The notes beneath the pieces are model-generated. The model was not told where the DNA came from and ran no database searches. It worked only from the letters and a program-made list of their open reading frames with translations. From positions 1,384 through 65,383 of the forward strand of contig JAFWLR010000001.1 in the NCBI GenBank assembly GCA_017510985.1: DNA of 64,000 bases, given 5' to 3'. Source of the stretch: Candidatus Saccharimonadota bacterium. Lineage in GTDB: Bacteria; Patescibacteriota; Saccharimonadia; Saccharimonadales; Saccharimonadaceae. The first letter of the stretch is position 1. Each line of letters starts with the position of its first letter. Both the position numbers and the translations under genes were made by a program. Below are positions 38,373-47,898 of this stretch, piece after piece.

Positions 38373-38502
38373 TTTTCCACAAGTTTGCGAAAGAAAATTT
38401 TTGTGGTGTAATGTGGTGGGGCGAATACAGAGGCGAAATTTTCCACATTTTTAGATTAACCCCATAAAAAGATGTGGAAAACTTCTTGAAAAATGTGGAA
38501 AA
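38373..38502. promoter_or_regulatory. DnaA-box cluster (TTTTCCACA variant)
   Basis: TTTTCCACA at 38373 and 38439; TGTGGAAAA at 38473 and 38494. Confidence 0.7.
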
Positions 38503-38559
38503 ATGCGGTATACTATAGAAAGAATTTGAAAATAATTAAAGTTTAAGGAATAATATATT

Positions 38560-38697
38560 ATGCCAAAGCGAACATATCAGCCACATAAGCGGCAACGAAA
38601 GGCCGAGCATGGTTTTATGAAGAGAAATAGTAGTAAAAGTGGGCGAAAAGTATTAAAATTGCGAAGAATTAAAGGTAGAGCTAGATTAAGTGCTTAA
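38560..38697 (+). CDS. rpmH: 50S ribosomal protein L34 (not in ORF track)
   Basis: [45 protein letters not shown]. Confidence 0.96.
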   Translation: MPKRTYQPHKRQRKAEHGFMKRNSSKSGRKVLKLRRIKGRARLSA

Positions 38698-39049
38698 TAA
38701 AAAATATCGGTTTCATTCACGGGGGGGAGTGAAATATGTATATCAAAAAGGTAAGACGGTGCGAAAGCCGCGGATGTCGTTGGTTTTTTGTGAAAATACA
38801 AGAGGGTTTACGCGGATGACGGTGGTGGTATCAAAGAAAGTGGAAAAGACGGCGGTAGGGCGGAACCGGATACGACGACGAGTGTACGAGGCGCTGAGAA
38901 AAAATTTGGAGTATATACCAAAGAAGGTGGACTATATTTTTGTGGTATATAGTAAAGATATAATGACAATAAAATTTGCTGAGCTTGAAAAGCTACTGGG
39001 GGAATTAGTGGCTGAGAGTAAAGTGTGCTATAATAAGAAGAATGGATAA
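38690..39049 (+). CDS. rnpA: Ribonuclease P protein component
   Basis: VSKKV..AV.RNRIRRR RNR motif, synteny. Confidence 0.95.
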   Translation: MLNKKYRFHSRGGVKYVYQKGKTVRKPRMSLVFCENTRGFTRMTVVVSKKVEKTAVGRNRIRRRVYEALRKNLEYIPKKVDYIFVVYSKDIMTIKFAELEKLLGELVAESKVCYNKKNG

Positions 39050-40151
39050 AAAGAAAATTAAGAGGTATATTTATTGGGGGCTCTTTATAATTTTCGTGAT
39101 TGGTTCGGTTGTGACAGGTAGCCCGTTTAATTTTATAGATATGATTATTGTGCGACCAATCGTGAATGTTCTTTTTGTAATCTTTAATTTAGTACATGAT
39201 TTTGGGTTGGCGATTATTATTCTGACGATACTAGTGAAACTGTTAATGTGGCCGATTATGAAAAAGCAGTTGAATCAATCTAAATTAATTCGAAAATTGC
39301 AACCAGAATTAACTCAGATTAAGAAAAATTGTAAAGGAAATAAGCAATTAGAATCTTTGCAGACAATGGATCTGTATAAACGATACAATGTGAAGCCATT
39401 TGCTTCGATATTGACTCTTTTAATACAGCTGCCGATTTTTATTGCGATTTTTTCAGCTATTAGGGTAGTAGCAACACCGATGCCGACGGATAATTTAATG
39501 AACCGAGCGTATGAAATTGTGGCGTATGAAGGATCGGAAATTAAGACTTTGGAAGAAAAACAAGAGGTTTATTTGGCGGATTTGATAAATAATGAGATTC
39601 CAGCGGAGGATAAAGCGGCTTATGATTTTCATCCGCAGCTGTTTGGGGTGATAAATTTGGATGTGAAAGCGAGTGATGTATTAATGGGGAATTTTTCGTG
39701 GAGTGCATTGTTTATATTGGTATGCACAATAGCGGCTTCGGTGATTCAGTATTGGGCTACTAAACAACAGATGCCATCGGGTAAGTCAGAAAAAAAGAAG
39801 AAATTCCGGGATTTGATTAAAGAGGCAAAGGAAGGGAAAGAAATTGACGAGAGCGAAGTAAGTACGATGGCGACCGGTTCAATGGCAGGAATGATGCCAA
39901 TCATGATGTTTATTATTATGTTTAATTTGAATGGGGCGCTAGCGTTTTATTATTTTCTCAGTAATATTATTACGGTGACACAGCAGAGAATTGTGTTACG
40001 TAAAGTAGATGATGAAATTGATGAAACTACTGATAAGGCAGTATTGAAGGAACTCCGGGGGATTAAAGAAGCAGAAGTAATAAAAAACAAAAAAACAGGA
40101 ACAAAAATTACTCGTATCTCTGCTCGGGATATTAAAAAGAAAAGGAGATAA
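39042..40151 (+). CDS. yidC: Membrane protein insertase YidC
   Basis: FGLAIIILT, KLQPEL..IKK, LIQLPIF, YYFLSN; synteny. Confidence 0.93.
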   Translation: MDKKKIKRYIYWGLFIIFVIGSVVTGSPFNFIDMIIVRPIVNVLFVIFNLVHDFGLAIIILTILVKLLMWPIMKKQLNQSKLIRKLQPELTQIKKNCKGNKQLESLQTMDLYKRYNVKPFASILTLLIQLPIFIAIFSAIRVVATPMPTDNLMNRAYEIVAYEGSEIKTLEEKQEVYLADLINNEIPAEDKAAYDFHPQLFGVINLDVKASDVLMGNFSWSALFILVCTIAASVIQYWATKQQMPSGKSEKKKKFRDLIKEAKEGKEIDESEVSTMATGSMAGMMPIMMFIIMFNLNGALAFYYFLSNIITVTQQRIVLRKVDDEIDETTDKAVLKELRGIKEAEVIKNKKTGTKITRISARDIKKKRR

Positions 40152-40154
40152 ATT

Positions 40155-40613
40155 ATGAATAAAGATGAATCAATTAGGTTTGCCGCGAGATACTTAGAGG
40201 ATCTTTTGAGTTTCTTTGGAATAAATGTGGCGGTAACTTCTACGATAGATGATGAAGTAATACAATTAGGTGTACCATCTACGTCGCTAAATTCTCTATT
40301 AATCGGGCGAAATGCGGATAATCTTAGAGCGTTGCAACATATAGTATCGATGGCGTTAGTATCTAAAGGTGGGGAAGTGACGCGAGTAAATGTGGATGTG
40401 GCGAATTATAAAAGGCAGCGAGCGGATAGGATTGCTTCGAAAGCGGAGGGGTGGATTGCGAAGGTGCGCAAAACGGGTGAGCCGATGACGGTGGACCTAA
40501 ATGCGGCGGATAGGCGAGTGGTGCATAAGGTAGCACAGGATTATTCAGATATTGAGACGCACTCGGAGGGGGAGGGAAGAGAGCGGAGGCTGATAATTAG
40601 TAAAATTGTTTAA
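40155..40613 (+). CDS. jag: Jag/KhpB KH-R3H RNA-binding protein
   Basis: LLIGRNA..L.ALQ, RRVVH R3H motif, SEGEGRER. Confidence 0.88.
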   Translation: MNKDESIRFAARYLEDLLSFFGINVAVTSTIDDEVIQLGVPSTSLNSLLIGRNADNLRALQHIVSMALVSKGGEVTRVNVDVANYKRQRADRIASKAEGWIAKVRKTGEPMTVDLNAADRRVVHKVAQDYSDIETHSEGEGRERRLIISKIV

Positions 40614-40764
40614 GGGTTTTTGACCTTTGATTTTTGGTGTTTGTCGGGTGATAGCCTGGCAAACACCTTAGTTTTGGTGTGGAAAAGTTGAGTGGATGTT
40701 TGGTGAAATGTTTGGTGGAATGTTAAATGGAATGTGCTTGCGTTTAAAATGGAAGTGGTTTATA

Positions 40765-41526
40765 ATGGGTGTAGAGATGAGTGGAGGTTATACAAAACGC
40801 AAGTTGGTTGTTGAGTCGCAGGATGAAGTTTTTTATCCGGTGGTGACGTTTTTGCCTGCAAAAACTGAGGTGATTGATTTTGAAAAATTAGAAACGGTAG
40901 AATTAAAAGAAGAAGCGACAGCAAATGATGGAGCGGAATCGACCGTACTAATAGACGTGGTTGAGAAGATGAATAAATCGGAGAGAAAGCATAAATGGTA
41001 TGGTTTGAAACGGTGGAAGTCGCGAGTGGGGACGGTAGTAGTGGCTCTAGTGGCGGTAGTTGCGATAGCTTTGGTGGGGATGAGATTGGCAGGATTTAGA
41101 ACGTTTACAGTGATGTCAGGATCGATGGAACCAGAATATCCAGTGGGGGCAATGCTTTATGTGCAACCAGTGAATTATTATGACCTCAAAGTGGGTGATG
41201 TGATTTCTTATGTGGCGAGTGATGATAAGACGGTAGTGACGCATAGGATTGTAGATATTGAAGTAGATAAAAACGATGCGAGTGTGTGGCGTTTTAAGAC
41301 GAAGGGCGACGCCAATACTGCGCCAGATGCAAATTTGGTGCATTACAAGAATGTGCTGGGCACACCAATGGTGACGATTCCGTTTATCGGTTATGTGGCG
41401 CATAATATCCAACAGCCACCTGGTATATATATCACACTGGTAGTGGGGACTCTCCTACTAGCGTGGACATTTTTGCCAGGTACTTTGGAAGAAAGGAGGA
41501 AAACTGCGAGAAAAAGTGTAGCATGA
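40765..41526 (+). CDS. sipW: Signal peptidase I, SipW/archaeal type
   Basis: VMSGSMEP, GDVI, VTHRIV, TKGDAN..D; exact start uncertain. Confidence 0.88.
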   Translation: MGVEMSGGYTKRKLVVESQDEVFYPVVTFLPAKTEVIDFEKLETVELKEEATANDGAESTVLIDVVEKMNKSERKHKWYGLKRWKSRVGTVVVALVAVVAIALVGMRLAGFRTFTVMSGSMEPEYPVGAMLYVQPVNYYDLKVGDVISYVASDDKTVVTHRIVDIEVDKNDASVWRFKTKGDANTAPDANLVHYKNVLGTPMVTIPFIGYVAHNIQQPPGIYITLVVGTLLLAWTFLPGTLEERRKTARKSVA

Positions 41527-41566
41527 ATGGAGTTATATTAAATTTAAAGGTAGAGAAAGGAGGTGA

Positions 41567-42283
41567 ATGTATCACAAAGTTAGAATCACAGTGGTTTCGC
41601 TGGTGGTGATGGCGATTTGCGTGCTGAGTTCGGTTGGAACGTTGTCATATTTTACAGATACTGATGCGGCAACCAATGAATTTATGGTTGGTTATGCATC
41701 GACGGTACTAAAGATTTATGATGATGTGAGTGATGCTAGCAATAAGCATGAAATAGTTGCGAGTGACTATACGGCCGTAGATAATTATGTTTTGAAATAT
41801 GCTTCGAGCATAACAGAAGAACAACTAGATAGTTTGCCATTCTATTTACAGGCGAGTAATGATGGCAACATCCCAGTTTATCAAAGATTCCGCGTGGTGA
41901 TTCCAATTGCCTTGGCTAACGTAGTGTCGTTAGATCTACCGAATACATATAACGGCTGCAATGTGAAAACTGCAGAAAATAACACATGTAGTAATGATGA
42001 TTACACTATTACTTATAATCCGTCGGTTAGCGTGGAAGATACGCCAACTTATGCGGAGTATTACATTGTAAGTAATGACAAGATAATAGTGAACGGTAAA
42101 ACAAAGGAATGGCCGATTAACGGGATAAAGTTTGGTGCTGTTTCTGGTTTAGGTGAGCTACTTATGTGCGAAAATAATAGCAGTAACTGTGCGGTAGGGA
42201 TTAAGGCTTATTCTGATGCAATTCAGACGGCTGGGTTCCAAACAGCGACAGCTGCATTTGCAGGCGTAGGGGAAACATATTAA
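41567..42283 (+). CDS. SipW-dependent signal peptide protein (TasA/camelysin-like)
   Basis: GTLSYFTD...TNEF.VG; AIQTAGF..A..AF C-terminus; AAGGAGG RBS. Confidence 0.82.
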   Translation: MYHKVRITVVSLVVMAICVLSSVGTLSYFTDTDAATNEFMVGYASTVLKIYDDVSDASNKHEIVASDYTAVDNYVLKYASSITEEQLDSLPFYLQASNDGNIPVYQRFRVVIPIALANVVSLDLPNTYNGCNVKTAENNTCSNDDYTITYNPSVSVEDTPTYAEYYIVSNDKIIVNGKTKEWPINGIKFGAVSGLGELLMCENNSSNCAVGIKAYSDAIQTAGFQTATAAFAGVGETY

Positions 42284-42321
42284 ATTAGTTTAATATTAAT
42301 TAACAACAAAAGGAGTTATAA

Positions 42322-43305
42322 ATGAAAATCAATAGAAAGACTGTTCTATCAACCGCAGCAGTGCTGGGCGTAGCAGCTCTTATCGCTGGTGGGACGATTG
42401 CGTACTTTACCGATCACGACAGTTTGACGAATGAGTTTACTGTTGGGAGCGTAGATATTGAGCTCGTCGAATCATATTTGCATAGGACTAATGCTGGTCA
42501 AGCAAATAATACTACTAGCGGACGTTTGAACTGGAGCACTGATATATATCCGCTTGAGGGAGTAGCTGGTACGGCAGCCGAGAATTATTCGGAAAATGAA
42601 GTGACAGACGATGTTGGTAATGTATGGGACAGAGCATATTACACTGATGCTCAAATTATTGCAAATAGTGATTATTGCGCTGATCATGATAATGATACCA
42701 CTTATCTCTTTAGTGATGTATGTGCGGACGTTACAAACAAGGATGCCTATACAAACTATCGTGAAGCTAATAATGCTGAAAGTCTAGTTCCTAGCACGAG
42801 TATTAAGAAGATGCCATATGTGATTAATACGGGTGACAGTGATGCGTATGTCCGGGTACGGGTTTTGATTCCGAGTTTTATGGGGGTATTAGGAACAAAT
42901 GGCAAATATAGCTTCCCAGTATTCTCGCCGATGTATACTGATTCTGCAAGAATACACGCTACTACTAATCCAGAAGGAGAATTCCCGAAGGAAGTGACGC
43001 GTGATGATGGTAAAAGTTATCTCCAATATACTTTTGTATATAACGATGCTTTGAAACCAGGCAAAATGACCTTCTGGAACGTTTGGGGTGATATTGGCAT
43101 AAAGAGCCAAGCTACTTCAGAACAAATTCAAGCTCTGATTAATGCCGTGAATGACTTTGATGCTTCAAAAGATTTTGATGTAATTATTGAAGCTGACGCT
43201 ATTCAGGCTACTGGCTTTAATGATGCTACTGCGGCATTTGAGGAGTACGACAAGACGACCCCAACAGCTGGTCAATGGACACCTAATACTGCCTACACGG
43301 AATAG
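42322..43305 (+). CDS. SipW-dependent signal peptide protein (TasA-like major subunit)
   Basis: GGTIAYFTD...TNEFTVG.V.I.L.E; KMPYVINTG..DAYVRVRV; AIQATGF. Confidence 0.85.
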   Translation: MKINRKTVLSTAAVLGVAALIAGGTIAYFTDHDSLTNEFTVGSVDIELVESYLHRTNAGQANNTTSGRLNWSTDIYPLEGVAGTAAENYSENEVTDDVGNVWDRAYYTDAQIIANSDYCADHDNDTTYLFSDVCADVTNKDAYTNYREANNAESLVPSTSIKKMPYVINTGDSDAYVRVRVLIPSFMGVLGTNGKYSFPVFSPMYTDSARIHATTNPEGEFPKEVTRDDGKSYLQYTFVYNDALKPGKMTFWNVWGDIGIKSQATSEQIQALINAVNDFDASKDFDVIIEADAIQATGFNDATAAFEEYDKTTPTAGQWTPNTAYTE

Positions 43306-43388
43306 TATAAGGGTAAAAATAGTGGGGTTGGCCATAATTGGCTGACCTCACTCGGGGGTCTTAAAGTTAAGGAAAGGAAAATAAGTAA

Positions 43389-44090
43389 ATGACGAAGCGA
43401 GATTTGTTTGGGGTGGCTGGGGTGTTATCTTTGACAATGGCTGGAGCGTTTGTTTATTCTCCTGTCTTTGCGGAGGGGCCAGTGGATATTGACATCATAG
43501 AGATGGTAGATGATGGGATGGGGAATTATAAAGATTGGGAAGATATTACGGGTGCGATGCCGGGGGATGTTTATAGCACGATCCCGCGGGTTCAAAATAA
43601 TGGCTCGGTGGCGGCACTAGTAAGGATGTGTTTGTCGGAATCGGGAATGGATGCAACAGGAAATGTAATTGAGCTGGATAATGGGACTTTTACGATTGAC
43701 ATTAACGATGCGTATTGGACGAGAGATACTGGTAGTGATAATGGTGGCTCGGTAAGCTCGCCGATTGACGTTTGCTATAAATATAATACAGAGCTGGCGG
43801 TAGGTGGTGTAACAGAACCACTATTTTATCAAGTTTCTTTGAGTAGTGAACTAGGAAACGAGCACAGTAATGCGACTTTTAGATTGCATCTTTATGCTGA
43901 GGGGACTAATGGGCTGCCGGATGATTCGGATGAGTCTGATGGGTCTGTAAGCCCAATAAATCCTGATACTGGCGTAGTGACAAATTCAGAGCCGTTGACC
44001 ACGGCCGGCTATATTTCATTAAGCGTCGGCTTGGTTGTGTTACTTGGGATGATAGCGTTACTGCTTAGAAGATCAGTTAAGAAAAAATAG
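43389..44090 (+). CDS. TasA-like secreted protein with C-terminal NPDTG/TM/basic anchor
   Basis: Signal peptide, MPGD..S.IPRVQNNGS, NPDTG, hydrophobic helix, RRSVKKK. Confidence 0.75.
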   Translation: MTKRDLFGVAGVLSLTMAGAFVYSPVFAEGPVDIDIIEMVDDGMGNYKDWEDITGAMPGDVYSTIPRVQNNGSVAALVRMCLSESGMDATGNVIELDNGTFTIDINDAYWTRDTGSDNGGSVSSPIDVCYKYNTELAVGGVTEPLFYQVSLSSELGNEHSNATFRLHLYAEGTNGLPDDSDESDGSVSPINPDTGVVTNSEPLTTAGYISLSVGLVVLLGMIALLLRRSVKKK

Positions 44091-44190
44091 ATTGATGGGT
44101 AGGGGGTTGTAATGATGTGATTTATGTGCTACACTTTTGCCGTGGGGTTGAACAGTTAACATTAATGGCTGTATGAAGAAAGGAGGTTTT

Positions 44191-44259
44191 ATGGAGGTTG
44201 AAATTGAAGATATAAGAGTCACAATTAAACTGAAAATCTCTCCTATGAAGAGAGATTAA
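44191..44259 (+). CDS. 22 aa small ORF (MEVEIEDIRVTIKLKISPMKRD), type I toxin-like context
   Basis: AAAGGAGG RBS, own promoter, convergent antisense promoter. Confidence 0.5.
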   Translation: MEVEIEDIRVTIKLKISPMKRD

Positions 44260-44324
44260 CAAAACCATACTATTATTCTACCGCACACTAATCGAAATGT
44301 CAACCCCACAATTGTGGATATTTT

Positions 44325-46070
44325 TTATTCTGTGGTTTTGGCGGTAGTGCCGCCGAGGATGAGGACGAAGTCGTAATCGGTGGGGATGCCGGCGGGGAGT
44401 TCGTTGGCAGATTTGGCGGTGGTGTTATATTTTTCTTCAAAGAATTTTTGACTACCAGGTTTTTCAGTGGTGATGGCATAGAGGGTGTATTTGTCTGGAT
44501 ATTCGCCTTCTGGCGCATTGTCTGTATAAACAGCCGTGAATTCGTCGGTGATGAGGTTGGATTCTTCGGTGGAGGCGAGGTCAGGAGTGTCGGTGCCGTT
44601 TAAGATGAGGATGGTGGTGTCTTCGTAGATGCGAGGGTCATTAGAGAACATTTTGGCGATATAATTTTGGATATTAGTATAATAACCGGCACCGCCAATG
44701 GGAAGAACATAGGAAATGCCGTTGATTTCACCGGTAGTCATATAATTTTCGGGTTCGATGAGGGATACTTGGCGCATGGCGTTAAAGTCAAAATCGGAGG
44801 TGAGATGGGCGAGAGTTTTGAGTTCGTCGACAGAGAAGTTGGTGCGCAGATTATCGCCGAGAGTGTTGGCGAGACTCATAAGATCGGTGAGAGAAAGGGA
44901 TTTTTCGAAAATTTTATCTTTGATACCGATGAGGATTTTTTGTTGAGAAGCACCACGGGAAAAATCGCCGCTAGTAGTACCGTGACGAGCGCGAGCAAGA
45001 CCAAGGGCTTGATCGCCATTAATGGTATAGGGTGTATTAGCTTCGAATACGGCGTTAGTATAATAATAATCTTCGATATTTTCGTCTAGAGTGACAGTGA
45101 TACCGCCTAGAGTATCGACGATAGAAATAAGCGATCCCCAGTTGAGATGAGCATAATATTGGAAATCTAAACCGAGAATATTGCCAACTTCGGTCATGAG
45201 AGCTTCGGCGCCGGATTGCTCGTTGTCGCCGTCCATATTGTTGCACCAATAAACTTCATTGATTTTGCCGGTAGCGGTACAAGAATTAGAGACTTTGAGG
45301 TCGCGAGGAAGAGAAAGCATGGCGAGATCGCCAGTTTCTTGGTTTAAGCTGATGACCATGATGGAATCGGTGAGTTGGGCGCCGTCGTGGACGGTGTCGC
45401 CTTCGGTGCCTTCCATGTCATAGCCGCTAGTGCCGAAAGCGAGAATGTTGGTACGACCGTTTGCATCAGTTTTTAAGGGTTCATAATGGTCGTCTTGGAA
45501 GATAAGATCAAAAACATTGCCTTGGCCGCCAGTAATCTTGGCGATAATATCATTACCCCAGATAATGAAAATGATGCCAGCGACAAGAAGAAGACTGAGG
45601 ATAGCAATGATAATACCAGTAATGATTTTGCGTTTTTTGCTGGCGGGTTTTTTCTCTTTTTTCATTTTTTTACCTTTTATTATGGTAGGATCTTTAGCGG
45701 CTTTAAGTTCACCGCTTTGCTCGTCAAAATCAAAGGCTTGGACTGGTTTGAGAAAATCTGCGGTAGTGGTGAGAGGAACAGGGGTTTCGATCTTTGGATT
45801 AACTGACGTGACTTTAGGTGTTTTGGTGGTTTCGGTGGGTTTGGTAGTTTTAGTGGCTTTGATGGATTTAGTTTTAGTAGCTCTAGTAGTTTTGGTGGTT
45901 TTAACGGAAGATTTCTGAGTAGTGGATTTGGTGGTAGTTTTGGTAGTAGCTTTAGGGGTAGAACGTTTAGCGGGGGATTTGGTTTTAGCTTTGGTTGATT
46001 TGGTTGTAGAAGTAGTGGTCACTTTGGAGTGGCGGGGAGTTAAACCATCAATTGATTTGTTTGAGTCCAT
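44325..46070 (-). CDS. LytR-CpsA-Psr (LCP) family protein with LytR_C domain
   Basis: K/T-rich N-terminus, TM helix, TDSIMV, SLPRD, KINE, ARARH, DFSR, ILNGT. Confidence 0.92.
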   Translation of the reverse strand: MDSNKSIDGLTPRHSKVTTTSTTKSTKAKTKSPAKRSTPKATTKTTTKSTTQKSSVKTTKTTRATKTKSIKATKTTKPTETTKTPKVTSVNPKIETPVPLTTTADFLKPVQAFDFDEQSGELKAAKDPTIIKGKKMKKEKKPASKKRKIITGIIIAILSLLLVAGIIFIIWGNDIIAKITGGQGNVFDLIFQDDHYEPLKTDANGRTNILAFGTSGYDMEGTEGDTVHDGAQLTDSIMVISLNQETGDLAMLSLPRDLKVSNSCTATGKINEVYWCNNMDGDNEQSGAEALMTEVGNILGLDFQYYAHLNWGSLISIVDTLGGITVTLDENIEDYYYTNAVFEANTPYTINGDQALGLARARHGTTSGDFSRGASQQKILIGIKDKIFEKSLSLTDLMSLANTLGDNLRTNFSVDELKTLAHLTSDFDFNAMRQVSLIEPENYMTTGEINGISYVLPIGGAGYYTNIQNYIAKMFSNDPRIYEDTTILILNGTDTPDLASTEESNLITDEFTAVYTDNAPEGEYPDKYTLYAITTEKPGSQKFFEEKYNTTAKSANELPAGIPTDYDFVLILGGTTAKTTE

Positions 46071-46130
46071 AAATATATTGTCCCTTATTATATATCTAGT
46101 GTTTTTTGGGTGTGTTATAATTATATCATA

Positions 46131-46457
46131 ATGAGCGTGAAATTAACGAAAAAACAATTAGCAGTATTGGAATTTTTGGAGGATTTTACGGAAACACAGG
46201 GATATTCACCATCTTATCGGGAAATGATGACGGGGCTGGGGTTGTCTAGCGTGTCGGCAGTGGCGGAGCACGTGGATAATTTGGTAGAAAAAGGAGTGCT
46301 ACGAAAGATACCTGGGGCGGCGAGGTCGTTAGAGATTTTGGATTATAAACATGAAGAGACAGTGGAACTGTTTAAGGCGCGAATGGCGACTTGTGACGAA
46401 GAAGAAAAGAAAGTGTTGCTTAGGGCGGCTGATATATTGGGGTTGGATTTGGGATAA
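46131..46457 (+). CDS. LexA-type DNA-binding domain protein without peptidase domain
   Basis: LTKKQ..VL.F, GYSPSYREM..GLGLSS.S.V..H...L..KG, ARSLEI. Confidence 0.85.
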   Translation: MSVKLTKKQLAVLEFLEDFTETQGYSPSYREMMTGLGLSSVSAVAEHVDNLVEKGVLRKIPGAARSLEILDYKHEETVELFKARMATCDEEEKKVLLRAADILGLDLG

Positions 46458-46555
46458 GATTTTAGGGTTGATGCTGGATGGTTTTTGTGATTGCCTAAAA
46501 AACATAGATGGTTTGACGATTTGGGGGTTGGAATTTTGTGTGGTAATATAAAGAT

Positions 46556-47878
46556 ATGACTAAAAAGAAATGGTCAATTGTTTTTGGGGTAGTGTTTTTG
46601 ATGTTTGTAATTGTACTAGTGGGGGTAGGTATAGGAATGAATTTGGAAGAGGGTAGTAAATATCCAGATAGAGGGTTGCCGGTGATAGAAATTAGCTTGA
46701 ATGGGGTGAGTTTGGAGGAAATTGATGGGGGGAGTAAAGATATAAAATATGAGGGAAACAAGTTAAATATATATAATAATAGTGAAGTGATGCAATATGA
46801 TGGAGTGGAAGTGAAGGGGAGGGGAAATGCGACGTGGACTTGGGATAAAAAACCGTATCAGATAAAGTTTACTGATAAGGTGGATTTATTGGGAATGGGC
46901 AAGAGCAGAAAATGGTATTTGATGGCAAATTATGGGGATGAGACGAATTTAAGAACTGCGATAGGCTTTACGCTAGAAAATATGCTAGATATGGAATATG
47001 CGATGGATGGAAGGTTTGTAGAGTTGTATGTGGATGAGGATTACCGAGGTTTATATTATTTGACACAAGCGGTGGAGGTAAGTAAAAATGGGGTGGATTT
47101 AAGGGATCCTAATGGAGTACTAGTGGAACTAGATAATATATATGGTGAATATGAAAAAAATTATAGAACTGGTGAAGGAGAAATTTTAACATTAAAAGAT
47201 GCAGTGAATAGAGATAGTGAAGTGGGAATGATGGATTTTTTGAAAAGTTATAATGAATTGGAGCAAGTGGTGAAAGAAGGCGATTATAAACGCATGGAAG
47301 AGTTGATAGATGTAGAATCTTTTGCAAAATATTTTTTACTCAGTGAATTTACGGTGAACCCGGATGCGTATTGGACGAGTTTTTATATGTATAAAGATGG
47401 AGTTAATAATAAGATTCATGCGGGGCCGGGATGGGATTTTGATATGGCATTAGCGAATCGGAATTGGTGGTGTTGGTTGGGGGACAGATTATATTCGCCG
47501 ACAGAGATGATGGTACGGAAGCTGGAATTGTCGTTGGACACATGGGTAGATATGGGAAATGATGAGGGGGAGTTTGTGCCAAACGATCTTTTGTCTAGGA
47601 TAGTTTTTGATATGATGGATATGCCGGAATTTCAAGGTGAGGTGCGAAGAATTTTTCGGGATAGATTAGCGGGACGGGGGCGGGAACTTTTGATGAAAAT
47701 AAAAAATGAGGCCATGATGATACATGAAGTTGCGTTGGTGGATAGTGAGAAGTGGGTGAGGGATAGAGATTTTACGACTGAGGTGGAAACACTGATAGAA
47801 TGGGTGAAAGCGAGATATGAATATTTTGAGCAATTATATGGGGATAAAGATGGCGATAAGATAGAATTAATGCTATAA
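46556..47878 (+). CDS. CotH-family kinase
   Basis: KGRGNATW, KKPY.IK, W.L.AN, GLYYL, GPGWDFD. Confidence 0.9.
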   Translation: MTKKKWSIVFGVVFLMFVIVLVGVGIGMNLEEGSKYPDRGLPVIEISLNGVSLEEIDGGSKDIKYEGNKLNIYNNSEVMQYDGVEVKGRGNATWTWDKKPYQIKFTDKVDLLGMGKSRKWYLMANYGDETNLRTAIGFTLENMLDMEYAMDGRFVELYVDEDYRGLYYLTQAVEVSKNGVDLRDPNGVLVELDNIYGEYEKNYRTGEGEILTLKDAVNRDSEVGMMDFLKSYNELEQVVKEGDYKRMEELIDVESFAKYFLLSEFTVNPDAYWTSFYMYKDGVNNKIHAGPGWDFDMALANRNWWCWLGDRLYSPTEMMVRKLELSLDTWVDMGNDEGEFVPNDLLSRIVFDMMDMPEFQGEVRRIFRDRLAGRGRELLMKIKNEAMMIHEVALVDSEKWVRDRDFTTEVETLIEWVKARYEYFEQLYGDKDGDKIELML

Positions 47879-47898
47879 TAGTGTTGGGTGAATATCTT

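Noticed and set aside
45780-46030. Repetitive GTAGTTTTGGTG-like tract
   Set aside because: Low-complexity K/T-rich coding region of the LCP protein, not a CRISPR or separate repeat.
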